From an uncultured Intrasporangiaceae bacterium (GTDB taxonomy: Bacteria > Actinomycetota > Actinomycetes > Actinomycetales > Dermatophilaceae): a stretch of DNA of 28,467 bases. The first letter of the stretch is position 1; each line of letters starts with the position of its first letter. The stretch covers positions 1 through 28,467 of the forward strand of contig CAZNLX010000001.1 in assembly GCA_964573925.1 (NCBI GenBank), in the 5' to 3' direction. Of this stretch, positions 26,735 through 28,467 are shown in pieces. The position numbers and the translations under genes are program-made. The notes beneath the pieces are model-generated. The model did no database searches. It saw nothing but the letters and a program-made list of their open reading frames with translations, and had not been told where the DNA came from.

Positions 26735-27348
26735 CCTCGCCCGCCCCCCAGCCCGGCGCGCCCGGGCGGTCCCGTCGGTTGACCGTCCTCTTCGTCGTCG
26801 TGGCCGTCGTCGTGTATGCCGCCGACCAGGCCAGCAAGCTGTGGGCCGTCGCTGCCCTGACCGACGCGCAGGCCCATGAACTCATCGGGACCTTCCTGAG
26901 GTTGTACCTCGTGCGCAACCCGGGGGCTGCCTTCTCGATGGGCACCGGCAGCACCTGGGTGCTCACCCTGCTGGCGGTCGCCGTCCTCGTCGTCCTGGTC
27001 CGCAGCAGTCGCAAACTCGGCAGCACCGCCTGGGCCTGGGCGTTCGGCCTCATCCTCGGCGGCGCACTCGGCAACCTCACCGATCGGCTCACCCGTTCAC
27101 CCGGATTCGGCCGCGGGCACGTCGTGGACTTCATCGACTACAACGGGTGGTTCGTCGGCAACGTCGCAGACATCGCCATCGTCGCGGCGGCGATGCTCAT
27201 CGGTCTGCTCGCCCTGCGCGGCATCGGCCTGGATGGGACCCGGGAGGGGATGGCAGCTCCCGGTCGCTCGCAGCCGGCCGCCAGCGGCACCGAGCCGGAC
27301 CGCGAAGCCGGGGCGGACGGCATACCGGACTCCGGGCGCGATGGGTGA
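26731..27348 (+). CDS. lspA: Lipoprotein signal peptidase II
   Basis: [42 protein letters not shown] overlap with the upstream gene. Confidence 0.95.
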   Translation: MTSPAPQPGAPGRSRRLTVLFVVVAVVVYAADQASKLWAVAALTDAQAHELIGTFLRLYLVRNPGAAFSMGTGSTWVLTLLAVAVLVVLVRSSRKLGSTAWAWAFGLILGGALGNLTDRLTRSPGFGRGHVVDFIDYNGWFVGNVADIAIVAAAMLIGLLALRGIGLDGTREGMAAPGRSQPAASGTEPDREAGADGIPDSGRDG

Positions 27349-28282
27349 CCCGCGGACCGTGCTCGTCCCGGAGGGGCTGCACGGGGAGCGGGTCGACGCG
27401 GCAATTTCGCGATTGTTCGGCCTGTCGCGCACTCGAGCCGCCGAGTTGGCCGCCGACGGCAAGGTGACCCTCAACGAGAGGGTGAGCACAAAGTCGGCGA
27501 GGGTCGGGGCCGGGGACCTGCTCGAGGTCGTCCTGCCCGTCTCGGATCCCAGCCCCTCGATCGAGGTGATCGCCGAGCCGGTGCCCGGGATGACGATCGT
27601 GCACGACGACGACGACCTCGTCGTCGTCGACAAGCCCGTCGGCGTGGCCGCGCACCCGAGCGTCGGCTGGACCGGCCCGAACGTCGTCGCCGGGCTCGCC
27701 GCGGCCGGCTACCGAATCGCCACCTCCGGAGCCAGCGAACGCCAGGGCATCGTCAGCCGCCTCGATGTCGGGACTTCGGGACTCATGGTCGTGGCCAAGA
27801 GCGAATACGCCTACAGCCGGCTCAAGCAGGCGTTCCGCTCGCGGCAGGTGGACAAGACCTACCACGCCCTCGTCCAGGGCCTGCCCGACCCGATGGTCGG
27901 GACGATCGACGCCCCGATCGGGCGGCATCCGGCCCACGAGTTCAAGTTCGCGGTGATGGCCTCGGGCAAGCCGGCGGTGACCCACTACGAGGTCGTCGAG
28001 GCGTTCCACGGTGTCGCGAGCGCCGCCCTGCTCGAGATCAAGCTCGAGACCGGGCGGACCCACCAGATCCGCGTGCACCTGGCCGCGCTGCGCCACCCCT
28101 GCTGCGGTGACCCGCTCTACGGTGCCGACCCGCGACTGGCGGCCCGGCTCGGCCTGGAGCGGCAGTGGCTGCACGCCGTCGGGCTCGGTTTCGAACACCC
28201 GGGGACCGGCGAGTGGGTGAGCTTCGCCAGCCCCTACCCGGCCGATCTCGAGCACGCGCTGGACGTCCTGGCCGCAGGCTGA
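27341..28282 (+). CDS. RluA/RluD-family 23S rRNA pseudouridine synthase with S4 domain
   Basis: [16 protein letters not shown] (S4), [24 protein letters not shown] (catalytic Asp), [21 protein letters not shown]. 8-nt overlap with lspA. Confidence 0.94.
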   Translation: MGDPRTVLVPEGLHGERVDAAISRLFGLSRTRAAELAADGKVTLNERVSTKSARVGAGDLLEVVLPVSDPSPSIEVIAEPVPGMTIVHDDDDLVVVDKPVGVAAHPSVGWTGPNVVAGLAAAGYRIATSGASERQGIVSRLDVGTSGLMVVAKSEYAYSRLKQAFRSRQVDKTYHALVQGLPDPMVGTIDAPIGRHPAHEFKFAVMASGKPAVTHYEVVEAFHGVASAALLEIKLETGRTHQIRVHLAALRHPCCGDPLYGADPRLAARLGLERQWLHAVGLGFEHPGTGEWVSFASPYPADLEHALDVLAAG

Positions 28283-28380
28283 GACGGGTGCGGTCCGCCT
28301 GCCGGACCGGTCGTGCGGCGGATGAGCCGGACCCGCCCGACACGGCTGGCGACACGCGCGGGGGCGTCGGCGGGGCGGCA

Positions 28381-28386
28381 TACAGT
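28381..28386 (+). promoter_or_regulatory. Candidate -10 element (TACAGT) for a leaderless dnaE transcript
   Basis: TANNNT 7 nt before ATG 28394, no SD. It overlaps the octamer CGGCATAC at 28376-28383. Confidence 0.5.
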
Positions 28387-28393
28387 AGCCCCG

Positions 28394-28467
28394 ATGTCCA
28401 CCCCACCGCCCCCCGAGCGCAGCTTCGCGCACCTGCACGTCCACACCGAGTACTCCATGCTCGACGG
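28394..28467 (+). CDS. dnaE: DNA polymerase III alpha subunit, 5' fragment (not in the ORF track)
   Basis: Translates MSTPPPPERSFAHLHVHTEYSMLDG, the PHP-domain N-terminal signature of DnaE1. rluA-dnaE adjacency is typical of actinobacteria. Confidence 0.9.
   Translation, partial: MSTPPPPERSFAHLHVHTEYSMLD

Larger units (their letters stand above)
481..28383. repeat. Dispersed octamer GTATGCCG/CGGCATAC, 29 exact copies (extended consensus about (G)GTATGCCG(C/T))
   Basis: GTATGCCG starts at 496, 1940, 4204, 5493, 7094, 10126, 10960, 16302, 17489, 18824, 19346, 23453, 25753, 26814. CGGCATAC starts at 481, 2617, 3813, 5362, 7121, 10258, 10777, 12896, 14470, 17361, 18227, 18946, 22644, 27318, 28376. 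Manual count. Confidence 0.92.

Noticed and set aside
6268-27348. Numerous ATGA/GTGA stop-start overlaps
   Set aside because: Routine translational coupling in dcw operons; used only to place start codons.
27758-27772. RluA motif reads SRLD rather than HRLD, MurC P-loop reads GANGKT, LspA reads GNVAD: possible inactivation
   Set aside because: The catalytic Asp or Lys is retained in each case and the frames are intact. These look like tolerated lineage variants.
28283-28340. GC-rich short inverted repeats after rluA as a terminator
   Set aside because: Only a 6-bp stem (GGTCCG/CGGACC) with imperfect outer pairing, which is not distinguishable from chance at this GC content.
481-28383. Octamer as a Chi or KOPS/AIMS-type polar signal
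   Set aside because: Those signals are strongly skewed to one strand within a replichore. Here the split is 14 to 15.
481-28383. Octamer as CRISPR repeat, REP/BIME or IS/MITE remnant
   Set aside because: No regular spacing, no shared longer element body or target duplications, no cas or transposase gene. Most copies are in-frame within intact essential genes.
462-28444. Many long alternative-frame and antisense ORFs in the track (for example 462-2606, 4163-5641, 7669-10263, 9980-11386, 12594-13988, 20538-21881, 27197-28444)
   Set aside because: They overlap well-supported genes, are Arg/Gly/Pro-rich with no recognisable motifs, and are expected shadows of high-GC codon bias, which leaves few stops in other frames.

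Overview
High-GC actinobacterial chromosome segment (Micrococcales-like gene order is my inference) containing a complete division and cell wall (dcw) cluster: mraZ-rsmH-ftsL-ftsI-murE-murF-mraY-murD-ftsW-murG-murC-ftsQ-ftsZ-pgeF-yggS-sepF-yggT-divIVA. This is followed by a histone-like/DksA fusion gene (DdbA-like), lspA, a RluA/RluD pseudouridine synthase and the first 74 nt of dnaE. Upstream lie the 3' end of the principal sigma factor gene and a divergently transcribed MoxR-DUF58-transglutaminase operon. The genes are ordinary core genome; the unusual signal is non-genic. The non-palindromic octamer GTATGCCG/CGGCATAC occurs 29 times by my manual count, against roughly 1 expected from base composition. 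It shows no strand bias, is enriched between genes, forms the stem of a terminator-like hairpin and coincides with rare ATA codons in essential genes, which resembles an uptake-sequence-like or HIP1-like genome signal that I do not recognise. A second signal is that MraZ-type GTGGAG-N4-GTGGAG boxes occur on both strands of the moxR/mraZ divergent region, suggesting MraZ also controls the MoxR operon. All counts and coordinates were read by eye and should be confirmed computationally.
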